A DNA stretch of 32,000 nucleotides from Longivirga aurantiaca (GCF_042660085.1 NZ_JBHSTI010000009.1:17410-49409), one strand, 5' to 3'. Positions 18,359-27,354 are shown, numbered from the stretch's first letter. Translations and numbers: made by a program. Notes: generated from the sequence alone by a model not told the origin.

Positions 18359-19461
18359 CCGGCACCGTGTCGGACACCACGCACACGACCTTGACCCCTC
18401 GGCCCCGCCGCACAGTCGGCGAGGTCATCGAGGTGGCTGGTCTGCCCATCTTCCTCGTCCTCCTGGTCACGTTCTTCATGATCAACCCGGAGACCAAGGA
18501 CCTGTTCGCGGCGAAGCCGAACCTGATCAACATCCTGGGCAACCAGTCCGTGACAGGTCTGATCGCCCTGGCCATGGTGATCCCGCTGGTGTCCGGGTAT
18601 TTCGACCTGTCGGTGGCTGCCATCGCGGGGCTCGCGAACGTTGCCATCGCGTCGGCCATGGTCGACTACAAGCTGGCCCCTGCGCTCGCGATCCTTGTCG
18701 GGCTCCTGATCGGTCTGCTCGCCGGAGGAGTCAACGCGTTCCTCGTCGCGAAGCTCCGGCTGAACGGCTTCATCGCGACCCTGGGCACCTTCACCCTGCT
18801 GACCGGGCTGCTGCAGTGGTACACCAACGGCACCAGCATCTTCGGGGTGCCGAAGGACTTCGCCAACTGGGGCTCGCTCGCCTGGTTCGGAATCCCTCGA
18901 CCGTTCTACCTGCTCATCGTCGTCGCGCTGATCGTCTGGTACGCGCTCATGCACACGCCGAACGGCCGCCAGCTGGAGGCCATCGGATCCAACGAGAGCG
19001 CCGCTCGTCTGGTGGGCATCTCGGTGGATCGGCTCGTGGCGCTCAGCTTCCTGGGCTCCGCACTGGTGGCCTCGGTGGCAGGAGCCCTCCTCACCTCGCG
19101 ACAGGGCGGTGCTGACCCCACCGTCGCCTCCAACTACCTCTTCCCCGCACTCGCTGCCGTGTTCCTGGGTGCCACGACGATCCGCCCGGGTCGCTACAAC
19201 GTGTGGGGGACCATCATCGGCATCTTCACGCTTGCCGTGGCCATCAACGGTTTCACGTTCCTCGGCGCCGAGGCCTGGGTCACCAACGTGTTCAACGGTG
19301 CGGCCCTGGTCTTCTCCGTGGCCATCTCGACGCTGATGGGCCGCCAGCGGGAGCGCAAGGCAAAGCGCCTCCTGCAGCAGTCGGACGACGACCCGCCGCC
19401 GAGTCCCGCAACCGCGGGGTCAGGCGGACAACCCGCGGAAGCGACGTCCTCCGTGACGTAG
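18355..19461 (+). CDS. sugar-type (RbsC-like) ABC transporter permease
   Basis: Multiple hydrophobic helices; GYFDLSVAAIAGLANV, PNGRQLEAIGSNESAARLVGI, GADPTVASNYLFPALAAVFLGATTIRPG; ATGA overlap. Confidence 0.93.
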   Translation: MTGTVSDTTHTTLTPRPRRTVGEVIEVAGLPIFLVLLVTFFMINPETKDLFAAKPNLINILGNQSVTGLIALAMVIPLVSGYFDLSVAAIAGLANVAIASAMVDYKLAPALAILVGLLIGLLAGGVNAFLVAKLRLNGFIATLGTFTLLTGLLQWYTNGTSIFGVPKDFANWGSLAWFGIPRPFYLLIVVALIVWYALMHTPNGRQLEAIGSNESAARLVGISVDRLVALSFLGSALVASVAGALLTSRQGGADPTVASNYLFPALAAVFLGATTIRPGRYNVWGTIIGIFTLAVAINGFTFLGAEAWVTNVFNGAALVFSVAISTLMGRQRERKAKRLLQQSDDDPPPSPATAGSGGQPAEATSSVT

Positions 19462-19474
19462 CCCGCCCCCAGAC

Positions 19475-19537
19475 GGCACGACGCCGCGTGCCTGCTCTAC
19501 GGGACCTGCGCATCCGCGCCCGGCTCGATCGGGTGCG
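19475..19537 (+). other. Two inverted repeats in permease-SBP intergenic region
   Basis: GGCACG/CGTGCC (19475..19480/19487..19492) and CGCGCCCG/CGGGTGCG (19515..19522/19530..19537, one wobble). Confidence 0.35.
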
Positions 19538-19594
19538 CTCGCCCTGAGGAAGTCCCATCCGTCCGGAGCAAGTCCTGTTTCCCTAGGAGCAACG

Positions 19595-20800
19595 TTGACC
19601 GTCCACAGGAGTTCCAAGCGCCTGCTGGGGATGGGTGCAGCGATCGTGCTGCTCTCCTCCGTTCTCGCAGCATGCGGCAGCTCGTCGGATGCCCCCCCGA
19701 GCAGCAGCGCGGCATCGACCTCGGCCACGTCCGGCACCTCCGAGTCGGCGACCCCCTCGTCCGACACGGCCTGGGCCGACGCGATCGCGACCCAGTTCGT
19801 GGGCAACCCGCCGTCGACGGGCCCGGCGCCCGTCAAGGGCAAGAACGTCTGGTGGATGGGGTGCGGCAACGCCGTCCCTGACTGCAAGACCCTCTCCGAC
19901 GCCGGTGGCGAGGCAGCGAAGCTGCTGGGCTGGGACTTCCACGTCGCTGACGGCAAGGTGAACCAGGGTGGTGGCTACGCCGCCGCGATCCGCACCGCGC
20001 TGGCTGCCAAGCCCGACGCGCTTGTCATCCAGGGCATGGACTGCTCGGTGGTCCAGCAGGCGCTGCAGGAGGCCAAGGACCAGAACGTGCCGGTCTTCGG
20101 TCTCCAGTCGCTCGACTGCAACGAGATCGACCCGTCGCAGCCGTCGCTCATCCCCTGGAAGATGGTCTACAGCGAGGCCGCGCCGACCGTGCAGGACTAC
20201 TACATGGCGGCCGGCAAGAACGCTGCGGCGTACCTCATCGGCTCGTCCGGCGGCACCGCGCAGGTCATCGCGAACCTGGGCAAGGGCGGCTTCTACGAGT
20301 ACATGAACAAGGGCTTCCGCGACGAGATGGCCACCTGCTCGGGCTGCAAGATCCTGCAGGAGGTCCGCTGGGCCGACGCCGACACCGTGCCGAACGGCCC
20401 GTGGATCCAGGCGTTCACCGTCGCCCTGGCCAAGAACCCGACAGCGACCGGCGTCTTCATCCCGTTCGACTCGCTCATCACCGGCAGCGGCGGCAACCAG
20501 GCCATCAAGGACAGCGGCCTGGACATCACCCTCGCCGGCGGCTCGGGCAACCAGCCCGAGCTCCTGCAGGCCGTGCGTGACGGCGCCAAGCTGGGCCTCA
20601 CGAACGCTCAGAGCTTCCCGTGGCTCTCGTTCGGCGTCATGGACAACGTGAACCGGTACTTCGCCGGCGAGCAGCCCGTGGCCCAGGGCGTCGGCCCGAC
20701 GCTCATCGACGCGAACCACAACCTGCCCGCCGAGGGCGAGCTCTTCAACGGCACGACCGACTGGAAGACCGCATACAAGACCCTCTGGGGCGCCAGCTGA
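19595..20800 (+). CDS. periplasmic-binding-protein-like (RbsB family) ABC substrate-binding lipoprotein
   Basis: Signal peptide with lipobox LSSVLAACG, Ser/Thr/Pro-rich linker, sugar-binding-like fold sequence downstream of ABC genes. TTG start with AGGAG. Confidence 0.9.
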   Translation: MTVHRSSKRLLGMGAAIVLLSSVLAACGSSSDAPPSSSAASTSATSGTSESATPSSDTAWADAIATQFVGNPPSTGPAPVKGKNVWWMGCGNAVPDCKTLSDAGGEAAKLLGWDFHVADGKVNQGGGYAAAIRTALAAKPDALVIQGMDCSVVQQALQEAKDQNVPVFGLQSLDCNEIDPSQPSLIPWKMVYSEAAPTVQDYYMAAGKNAAAYLIGSSGGTAQVIANLGKGGFYEYMNKGFRDEMATCSGCKILQEVRWADADTVPNGPWIQAFTVALAKNPTATGVFIPFDSLITGSGGNQAIKDSGLDITLAGGSGNQPELLQAVRDGAKLGLTNAQSFPWLSFGVMDNVNRYFAGEQPVAQGVGPTLIDANHNLPAEGELFNGTTDWKTAYKTLWGAS

Positions 20801-20825
20801 TCGTGCACGGCTAGTTCGCAACCAA

Positions 20826-20865
20826 CGCTGGTGGGGTCCGTCGGAGACGACGGGCCCCATCAGCG
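20826..20865 (+). terminator. Very stable 18-bp stem with GAGA tetraloop between SBP and SnoaL-like genes (terminator, attenuator or stabilising element)
   Basis: CGCTGGTGGGGTCCGTCG - GAGA - CGACGGGCCCCATCAGCG: 18 bp including 2 G-U wobbles; no clear poly-U tract (followed by CTTTCC). Confidence 0.7.
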
Positions 20866-20884
20866 CTTTCCCGGAGGAGCCAGC

Positions 20885-21475
20885 ATGGACGACCGGCAGG
20901 CGATAGCAGAGCTTCTGGCCAAGCAGCAGATCGTCGATGCCATGGCGCGCTACGCGCGGGGCATCGATCGTCGCGACGAGGCGCTCGTGCGCTCGGCGTA
21001 CCACGAGGATTCGATCGACAACCATGGGTACGGCAACGACTCCAGCGGGTGGGGTCTGGCCGCCAAGGTCCGCACCGACGGCACCGGTTTCCCCGTGGAG
21101 TGGTACAGCACGACGCACATGCTCGGTCAGCACCACATCGAGGTCGACGGCGACCGAGCCGTGAGCGAGGTCTATTTCGAGTCGGTGTCCCGCCTGCGCG
21201 ACCCGGAGGGCCGCGAGTGGCGGATCACGTGCTCGGGCCGCTATCTGGATCGGTGGACGCGACGTGACGGCCAGTTCCGCATCTCCGAGCGCACCGTGGT
21301 CTACGACGGCGAGGTCCACACAGAGCCGGTGCTCGCCAACTGGCCCGGCCCGGATCCCGCGGTACCCAAGGGTGTCTGGGGCGGGGAGTCGATCCCGGTC
21401 GACGCCGTGAAGGCGACGGCGATGGGAACGGCGGGGGAGGATGATCCCAGCTATCGGTTGTTCCGGCGCGGCTAG
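20885..21475 (+). CDS. SnoaL/NTF2-like protein
   Basis: KQQIVDAMARYARGIDRRDEALVRSAYHEDSIDNHG; ATG 20885 after GGAGGAG. Confidence 0.83.
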   Translation: MDDRQAIAELLAKQQIVDAMARYARGIDRRDEALVRSAYHEDSIDNHGYGNDSSGWGLAAKVRTDGTGFPVEWYSTTHMLGQHHIEVDGDRAVSEVYFESVSRLRDPEGREWRITCSGRYLDRWTRRDGQFRISERTVVYDGEVHTEPVLANWPGPDPAVPKGVWGGESIPVDAVKATAMGTAGEDDPSYRLFRRG

Positions 21476-22053
21476 AGCCGGTGGCGGCCGAGGAAGGCCT
21501 GGTAGCTCGCCAGCGACTCCGGGAGGTCGGCGGGCTGAGGCTCGCTCCCTGGCCAGCGGCGCCGGGGAAGACGCGGGTCCATCGTCGGCAGGTCGGCCAG
21601 CGGCATGACGTAGTAGAAGCGTGCTTCTCGCGAGCCGAGGAGCCATGCCCCCGAGGCACGCGTGTAGGTGTCCAGGTAGCGGTGCGCGGCAAGCACGATC
21701 CCGCGGTCCACCATGTGCTCCGCATGGGCGAGCACGGTGCCGCGTGCCGTGTCGGGAGTGTCGAACTCGATGATGGCCCCGTGGATCACGTGGTACGTGG
21801 GCCCGAAGTCCGCGAGCCGCGAGGCGAACTGCCGAGCCATCGCCTCGTGGCCCTCGGTGCGGCGGCCGCTCGACAGGAAGTACCCGTCCTCCGCGTAGCA
21901 GCCCACCAGCGCGTCGATGTCACGGTCGTCGCAGGCCATGCAGTAGCGGAGCAGGAGATCGTCGATGGCCTGGCGGCTCTCGACCCGGTCGAGGCGCTCC
22001 AGCAGCGTCGGACGCTCGCGCGCCCCGGACCCTGGATCGCCGCGTCCGGTCAT
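21472..22053 (-). CDS. SnoaL/NTF2-like protein
   Basis: SRQAIDDLLLRYCMACDDRDIDALVGCYAEDGYF. Stop overlaps the convergent gene stop in a CTAG. Confidence 0.83.
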   Translation of the reverse strand: MTGRGDPGSGARERPTLLERLDRVESRQAIDDLLLRYCMACDDRDIDALVGCYAEDGYFLSSGRRTEGHEAMARQFASRLADFGPTYHVIHGAIIEFDTPDTARGTVLAHAEHMVDRGIVLAAHRYLDTYTRASGAWLLGSREARFYYVMPLADLPTMDPRLPRRRWPGSEPQPADLPESLASYQAFLGRHRL

Positions 22054-22598
22054 CGCAAGGCCTCGAGGCGCAGGACGTAGCTCGGGTCGGAGGCGTCGCG
22101 CGTCCCGACCACGAAGTCGTCGGGAAAGGGCATCCGCCGGCTGGGGCGATCACCGGGGACCAGAGCAGACTGGCCCGCCCAGTCGTAGATCACGGTCCGG
22201 TGCGCGATTCGCCATTCGCCTGAACGACATTCGAAGCGATCCTCGTATCGGCAGCCGATGAGCAGGACGGCCTGGCTTCCGCCCGTGTCCGCGTGGCCAA
22301 CATGGAAGCCGACTGCCGTGGTCTCCGCCCAGGCGACGTCGCCGCGCAGCTCTACCAGGGGTGGGGAGGTGGTGTGACTGGTCGCAACCCACATCGCCGG
22401 GTCGGACGTCGACACGAGCTCGGCGAAGTCGCGGGCAGATCCCCGGAACATGTTGTGGTCGTCGGTTGCATCAGGGTGGTAGCACGCCAGCATGAGCTCG
22501 CGGTCGCGTCGGTCGGTACCGCGGGCAAGTCGCAGGATGACCTGCGCGATCTCCACGCGGGCCGCGAGCTCCTCGAGCCTTGCCTCGTGGTCCGTCAT
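22050..22598 (-). CDS. SnoaL/NTF2-like protein
   Basis: RVEIAQVILRLARGTDRRDRELMLACYHPDATDDHNMF; ATGA overlap with downstream SnoaL gene. Confidence 0.83.
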   Translation of the reverse strand: MTDHEARLEELAARVEIAQVILRLARGTDRRDRELMLACYHPDATDDHNMFRGSARDFAELVSTSDPAMWVATSHTTSPPLVELRGDVAWAETTAVGFHVGHADTGGSQAVLLIGCRYEDRFECRSGEWRIAHRTVIYDWAGQSALVPGDRPSRRMPFPDDFVVGTRDASDPSYVLRLEALR

Positions 22599-22602
22599 GA
22601 CA

Positions 22603-23370
22603 TCAGCCCAGCTCGCGGGGCGGCACGACCGACATCAGGCCGCCGTCAGCGACGAACTCGGAGCCGGTGCAGTAGGACGCCTCGTCCGAGAGGAGGAAGG
22701 CCACCACCTCGGCGAGCTCACGAGGGTGGCCGGTGCGTCCGAGCGCGACGTTCGCCGGCTGCTGTCCGGCTGCTGCCTGGTTGTCCCAGTCGGGACGACT
22801 GAGCGGGGTGTCGACGTAGCCCGGGAACACGCTGTTGATCCGGACGCCCATGACGCCGAGCTCATGCACCAGGGTCTTGGTCAGTCCACGGATCGCGTAC
22901 TTGCTCGTGGAGTAGGCGACGTTGCTGCGAAGGCCGGCGAGACCGGCGCAGGACGAGATGTTCACGATGGACCCGGATCCTGATTCGCGCAGGTGCGGCA
23001 ACGCGGCCTTGATGCCGAGGAACGGGCCGACCGTGTTGACTGCCAGGATCCTGGTCATCTCGGCGCCGTCCGTGTCCAGCAGGCCGTGCCCCGTGGCGAT
23101 GCCGGCGTTGTTGACCAGCCCGTCGATGCGGCCGTAGCGCTTCACCGCTTCGGCGACGTAGCTGTCCCACGATGCTGCATCTGCGACGTCCAGGTGCACC
23201 GCGAGCGCCGCAGCCCCGAGCTCCGCGGCCCGTGCGTCAGCCGCGTCCAGGACGATGTCGCCGAGGACGACGCTCCCACCCTCGCGCACGATCGCTGCGG
23301 CGGTGGCGGCACCGATGCCGTTGCCGCCACCCGTGATGAGCACGACGCGCCCCTGATGGCGTGCGGTCAT
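22603..23370 (-). CDS. short-chain dehydrogenase/reductase
   Basis: RVVLITGGGNGIGAATAAAI, NNAGIATGHG, ISSCAGLAGLRSNVAYSTSKYA. Confidence 0.93.
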   Translation of the reverse strand: MTARHQGRVVLITGGGNGIGAATAAAIVREGGSVVLGDIVLDAADARAAELGAAALAVHLDVADAASWDSYVAEAVKRYGRIDGLVNNAGIATGHGLLDTDGAEMTRILAVNTVGPFLGIKAALPHLRESGSGSIVNISSCAGLAGLRSNVAYSTSKYAIRGLTKTLVHELGVMGVRINSVFPGYVDTPLSRPDWDNQAAAGQQPANVALGRTGHPRELAEVVAFLLSDEASYCTGSEFVADGGLMSVVPPRELG

Positions 23371-23409
23371 GGCAGCCTCCCGTGCTTCGAGTGGTGGATC
23401 GGGTCGCGG

Positions 23410-24645
23410 TTACGCGGTCGGGATGTCCTTGAAGGGGATTCCTCGGTCGGCGCGTGGACCGGAGGGCAGGCCGAGGATGCGCTCGGCGATGATGCCGCGC
23501 TGGATCTCGTTGGAACCGCCGGCGATGCGGTAGCCCAGCGCGCCGAGAACGTGCTCGTGCCAGAGATAGGTCTCGGGTTCGCCGGTGTCGGCGACCAGGC
23601 GCGGTCCCAGGATCTGGGCGACCGTCTCACTGATCTGCACCATGCCCTCGACCCACTGGAGCTTGCGCATCGAGCCCTCGGGGCCACGCGGCGTGCCCCG
23701 TAGCCGCGCGCTGAGGTCGCGGGCGACATCCACCTTGGCAAGGACGTGACGTGTGTACGCGTCGGCGAGCATGGGACGCACGCTCGGGTCGCCCGTGCGG
23801 CCCATGGCCTCGGCGAGTGCGAGCACCTGGATCCAGGACCCGCCCAGCGTGGTGTCGTCCCCGGACGCGTCACGCTCGAAGCCGAGCATGGTCGTGGCGA
23901 CCTTCCAGCCGCCCCCCACCTCGCCCACGCGGTACTCGTCCGACAGTCGCACGTCGTCGAGGAACACCTCGTTGAAGCAGGAGCCACCGGTCATCTGACG
24001 GAGCGGCCGGACGTCCACGCCCGGAGTCTCGAGCGGGAGCAGGAACGCCGTGATTCCGGCGTGCTTGACGACGTCGACGTCCGAACGGGCGAGCAGCAGG
24101 CCGTAGCCGGCGAACTGCGCTCCGCTGGACCACACCTTCTGCCCCGAGATGGACCAGCCGCCGTCGTCGAGCCGGGTGGCACGAGTCGTCAGACCGGCGA
24201 GGTCGCTCCCCGCAGCCGGCTCGGAGAACAGCTGCGCGCAGACGAGCTCGGACCGGGCGAGCGGTCCGACGAACGTCGCTCTCTGCTCGTCGGTCCCGAG
24301 CAGCCGCAGCATCGGAGCAACGAGACGCGTCGTGATCGGCAGCAGGTCGTGGTGGGGTACGTCGTACTCCGCCTCGACAGCCGAGACGGCGTCGGCGTGG
24401 GCCCGCGTCAGTCCGTGACCACCGAACTCCTCGGACCAGTCGAGCCCGGCGAGGCGGTTGTCCCACTTCGCCTGCAGCCAGGCCCGGGCCTCGTCCAACA
24501 GCCGCACCTCGTCGTCGTGCGAGGTGTCGGTGAAGATCGCGACGCTCCACGGCTTGCCCGACCGCGACTCGGTGTCGAGCCGCTTCGGGACTCGGTCGTC
24601 GAACCACGCGCGCGCGCGGTGGGCGGTCTCCTCGACAGTCTCCAC
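23410..24645 (-). CDS. acyl-CoA dehydrogenase, probable subunit of a heteromeric ACAD
   Basis: GTG start 24645 (AGGAG upstream): METVEETAHRARAWF; AQLFSEPAAGSDLAGL, GYRIAGGSNEIQRGIIAERILGLP. Track start at 25125 is over-extended. Confidence 0.9.
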   Translation of the reverse strand: METVEETAHRARAWFDDRVPKRLDTESRSGKPWSVAIFTDTSHDDEVRLLDEARAWLQAKWDNRLAGLDWSEEFGGHGLTRAHADAVSAVEAEYDVPHHDLLPITTRLVAPMLRLLGTDEQRATFVGPLARSELVCAQLFSEPAAGSDLAGLTTRATRLDDGGWSISGQKVWSSGAQFAGYGLLLARSDVDVVKHAGITAFLLPLETPGVDVRPLRQMTGGSCFNEVFLDDVRLSDEYRVGEVGGGWKVATTMLGFERDASGDDTTLGGSWIQVLALAEAMGRTGDPSVRPMLADAYTRHVLAKVDVARDLSARLRGTPRGPEGSMRKLQWVEGMVQISETVAQILGPRLVADTGEPETYLWHEHVLGALGYRIAGGSNEIQRGIIAERILGLPSGPRADRGIPFKDIPTA

Positions 24646-24658
24646 GTCGGCTCCTGGC

Positions 24659-25804
24659 TCAGAGGGCGAGCGACTGCAGCAGCCGCTCGCGGTGGAAGGC
24701 GGGGGAGCCGAGCGCGACTCGGGACGCGAGGGCGCGGCGGTAGTAGCGGTGCGCCTGGTGCTCCCACGTGAACCCGATGCCGCCGTGGATCTGGATCGTC
24801 TCCAGCGCCGCCAGGTAGAACGTCTCGGAGCACACGACACCGGAGATCGAGGCGGCTTCGGCGCGCTGTCGCGGATCCGCCGGCGCGGCAGAGACGGCGT
24901 ACTCGACCGCGGAGGCGGCGGTGTCGATGGAGATCGCCAGATCGGCCAGCCTGTGCTGCAGCGCCTGGAACGACCCGATGGGCTGGCCGAACTGGAAGCG
25001 GGTCGAGGCGTAGGCGACGGTGAGGTCGAGGAGGTGACGACTCGCCCCCAGCTGCTCGCACGCCGCGGCCGCCACCGCCGCATCGAGCACCGGAGCGAGG
25101 AGGTCGTCGCAGCGGCCGACAGCACCGACCAGTCGCGCCGGTGTGGACTCCAACCTCAGCAGTGCCTGCGGCCTGGTGGTGTCCACGACGGACATGGCAG
25201 AGCGGGAGAGGCCGCGGGCGTCCGACGCCACCAGGAACCAGCCGTGCTCGTCGTCGGAGGTTCGGGCCAGCAGAAGGATCGCGTCGGCCACTGTGCCGTA
25301 GGGGACGAAGGGCTGGTCGCCGGTCAGGACCCAGGCGCCGTCGACGCCGAGCTCGGCGGCGACGGCCGACCGGCTCACCGGCGCGAGAACGGAGTCGTCG
25401 CCCAGCGCGACAGCGACGACCGTGCTGCCGTCGACGATCCCGGGCAGGATGTCGCCGGCAGCGCCTTCGTCCCCGGCGGCGAGGACCAGCGTCACCGCCA
25501 CGACGCAGCTCGGGGCGAACGGCACGCACGCCAGACTGCTGCCGAGCGCCTCCAGCACGACACGCGCCTCCGCCCACCCGAGGCCGAGCCCGCCGTGCGC
25601 CTCGGGAACCAGCACGCCGGTGACGCCGAGGTCCTGTGCCAGCGTGCGCCACAGCGGGGCGTCGAGGCCGTCGAGGCCGTCGGCCACCGCGGCCACGCGC
25701 TCGATGGGGGACTCGGCAGCCAGCACCGATCGCACGGCTTCGGCCATCGAGCGCAGCTCGTCCGTCGGCTCCGTCAGCAGCAGCGCGCCGGCTGTGGTGC
25801 TCAT
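24659..25804 (-). CDS. acyl-CoA dehydrogenase-family protein, probable partner subunit
   Basis: VLVPEAHGGLGLG, FGQPIGSFQALQHRLADL, IQIHGGIGFTWEHQAHRYYRRA; ATG 25804 overlaps ligase stop. Confidence 0.88.
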   Translation of the reverse strand: MSTTAGALLLTEPTDELRSMAEAVRSVLAAESPIERVAAVADGLDGLDAPLWRTLAQDLGVTGVLVPEAHGGLGLGWAEARVVLEALGSSLACVPFAPSCVVAVTLVLAAGDEGAAGDILPGIVDGSTVVAVALGDDSVLAPVSRSAVAAELGVDGAWVLTGDQPFVPYGTVADAILLLARTSDDEHGWFLVASDARGLSRSAMSVVDTTRPQALLRLESTPARLVGAVGRCDDLLAPVLDAAVAAAACEQLGASRHLLDLTVAYASTRFQFGQPIGSFQALQHRLADLAISIDTAASAVEYAVSAAPADPRQRAEAASISGVVCSETFYLAALETIQIHGGIGFTWEHQAHRYYRRALASRVALGSPAFHRERLLQSLAL

Positions 25805-27354
25805 GTGGTGCTCCACAGCTCGCGCAGAGCGTCCTTCTTCACCTTCTGGGAGGCGTTCCGGGGGAGCTCGTCGAGGAAGCGGACCGAGGTCGGCTTCTTG
25901 AAGCTCGCCATGTGCTCCTTGGCGAAGGCCACGACGTCCTCCTCCGTGATGGCAGATCCCGGGCGCCGGACGACCGCGGCCGCCACGGTCTCACCCCACT
26001 TGTCGTGCGGGACGCCGAACACCGCGATCTCCGCGATGCCGTCCAGCTCCCGGAGTACCCGCTCGACCTCCGCCGGGTACACGTTGGCGCCGCCGCTGAC
26101 GATCATGTCGCGCTTGCGGTCCACGATGTAGGCGTATCCCTGGTGGTCGACCCACCCGACGTCACCCGTCAGATAGCGGCCGTCCTTGAATGCCGCTGCC
26201 GTCTGCTCGGGGTTGTTCCAGTAGCCGGCGAAGATGGTGTCCTGCTCGACGGCGAACTCCCCGACGTGCTCGCGTCCGCGTGGGAGGACGTTGCCGTCGT
26301 CATCGAGGACGAACAGCCGTGTGGTAGGTGCCGGGCGCCCCACCGTCGCCCAACGGTCCTCTGCCGTCCCGAGGCCGATCGCATCGTTGCGCGTCAGGCA
26401 GGTGAGCGCGCCGACGATCTCCGTCGCCCCCCAGCCGTGGAAGTACTTGTCGCCGACGAGGTCGACGATCTTCCGGATCTCGGCGGGAGTGGCTGCCGAT
26501 GCGCTGTGGTTCAGCGTCTCGAGGTGTGCGATGACGTCGGGGTAGTCCCGCGCCTTCTCGACGAACCGGTCGATCAGAGGGCTCGGGCAGTACGTGAACG
26601 TCGTGCGGTCCTGCCGCATGGTCTCGAACCACGAGTCGACCGTGTAGTCGCGGATGAGGTTGACCATCCCGCCGACGTACAGGTGCGGGAGGATGATGGT
26701 CCACCAGGGGGCGGCGTACCCGAGCCCGCCGATGTAGGCGAGCCTGCTGTAGTGCGGGACGCGCAGAACCCCGACGCTCGAGCGGACGCAGAGGACCAGC
26801 GTCGACTGCGTGACCATGGCGCCCTTGGGGAATCCGGTGGTTCCGCTCGTGTACCCGATGATCGCAAGGTCATCGGGCAGCGACTCGTGGAGGGCGAGAG
26901 CCGGTTCGGCGGCCTCGAGGGCCGCGGCGTAGTCGAGCCTGTTGCCCGACGGCGACTCGGACGGTGCTAGGTGCAGGACGACGTCGATGGTCGCAGCTGT
27001 GGGTGCTCCGGCGACGGAGGCTCGGACTCCATCGGTGTGCACCAGCCCGCGCGCCCCGGAATCACGCAGGACGTGGTCGAGCTCGGAGGCCTTGAACCCA
27101 GCGTTGACGGGCACGATGACCAGACCGGCGATCGTGATCCCCATGAGGACTTCGACCGCTTCGGCGCAGTTCTCCAGCATCAAGAGCACGCGGTCGCCCG
27201 GCTGGAGGCCGCGCGACCGCAGCACGTTGGCGACGCGCGCGGCGTTGAGCAGGACGTCGGCGTACGTGCGATCGCCGTTCACGGACCGGACCGCGGTCAG
27301 CTCGCTGTGACGCTCGCAGCTTCGCACGAGCATCCCGCCGAGGGTGTCCTGCAC
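25801..27354 (-). CDS. AMP-forming acyl-CoA synthetase/ligase
   Basis: IIGYTSGTTGFPKGAM, GWGATE, YLTGDVGWVDHQGYAYIVDRKRDMIVSGGANVYPAEVE; GTG 27354 (VQDTLGGM). Track start 28113 is over-extended. Confidence 0.94.
   Translation of the reverse strand: MQDTLGGMLVRSCERHSELTAVRSVNGDRTYADVLLNAARVANVLRSRGLQPGDRVLLMLENCAEAVEVLMGITIAGLVIVPVNAGFKASELDHVLRDSGARGLVHTDGVRASVAGAPTAATIDVVLHLAPSESPSGNRLDYAAALEAAEPALALHESLPDDLAIIGYTSGTTGFPKGAMVTQSTLVLCVRSSVGVLRVPHYSRLAYIGGLGYAAPWWTIILPHLYVGGMVNLIRDYTVDSWFETMRQDRTTFTYCPSPLIDRFVEKARDYPDVIAHLETLNHSASAATPAEIRKIVDLVGDKYFHGWGATEIVGALTCLTRNDAIGLGTAEDRWATVGRPAPTTRLFVLDDDGNVLPRGREHVGEFAVEQDTIFAGYWNNPEQTAAAFKDGRYLTGDVGWVDHQGYAYIVDRKRDMIVSGGANVYPAEVERVLRELDGIAEIAVFGVPHDKWGETVAAAVVRRPGSAITEEDVVAFAKEHMASFKKPTSVRFLDELPRNASQKVKKDALRELWSTT

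Noticed and set aside
19613-19626. Operator-like TCCAAGCGCCTGCT
   Set aside because: Inside the coding sequence of the SBP signal peptide (SSKRLLG), palindrome imperfect, and no promoter geometry.
24646-25125. N-terminal extension of the ACAD ORF in the track
   Set aside because: Low-complexity translation that overlaps the upstream ACAD; a GTG with AGGAG at 24645 gives the expected N-terminus.
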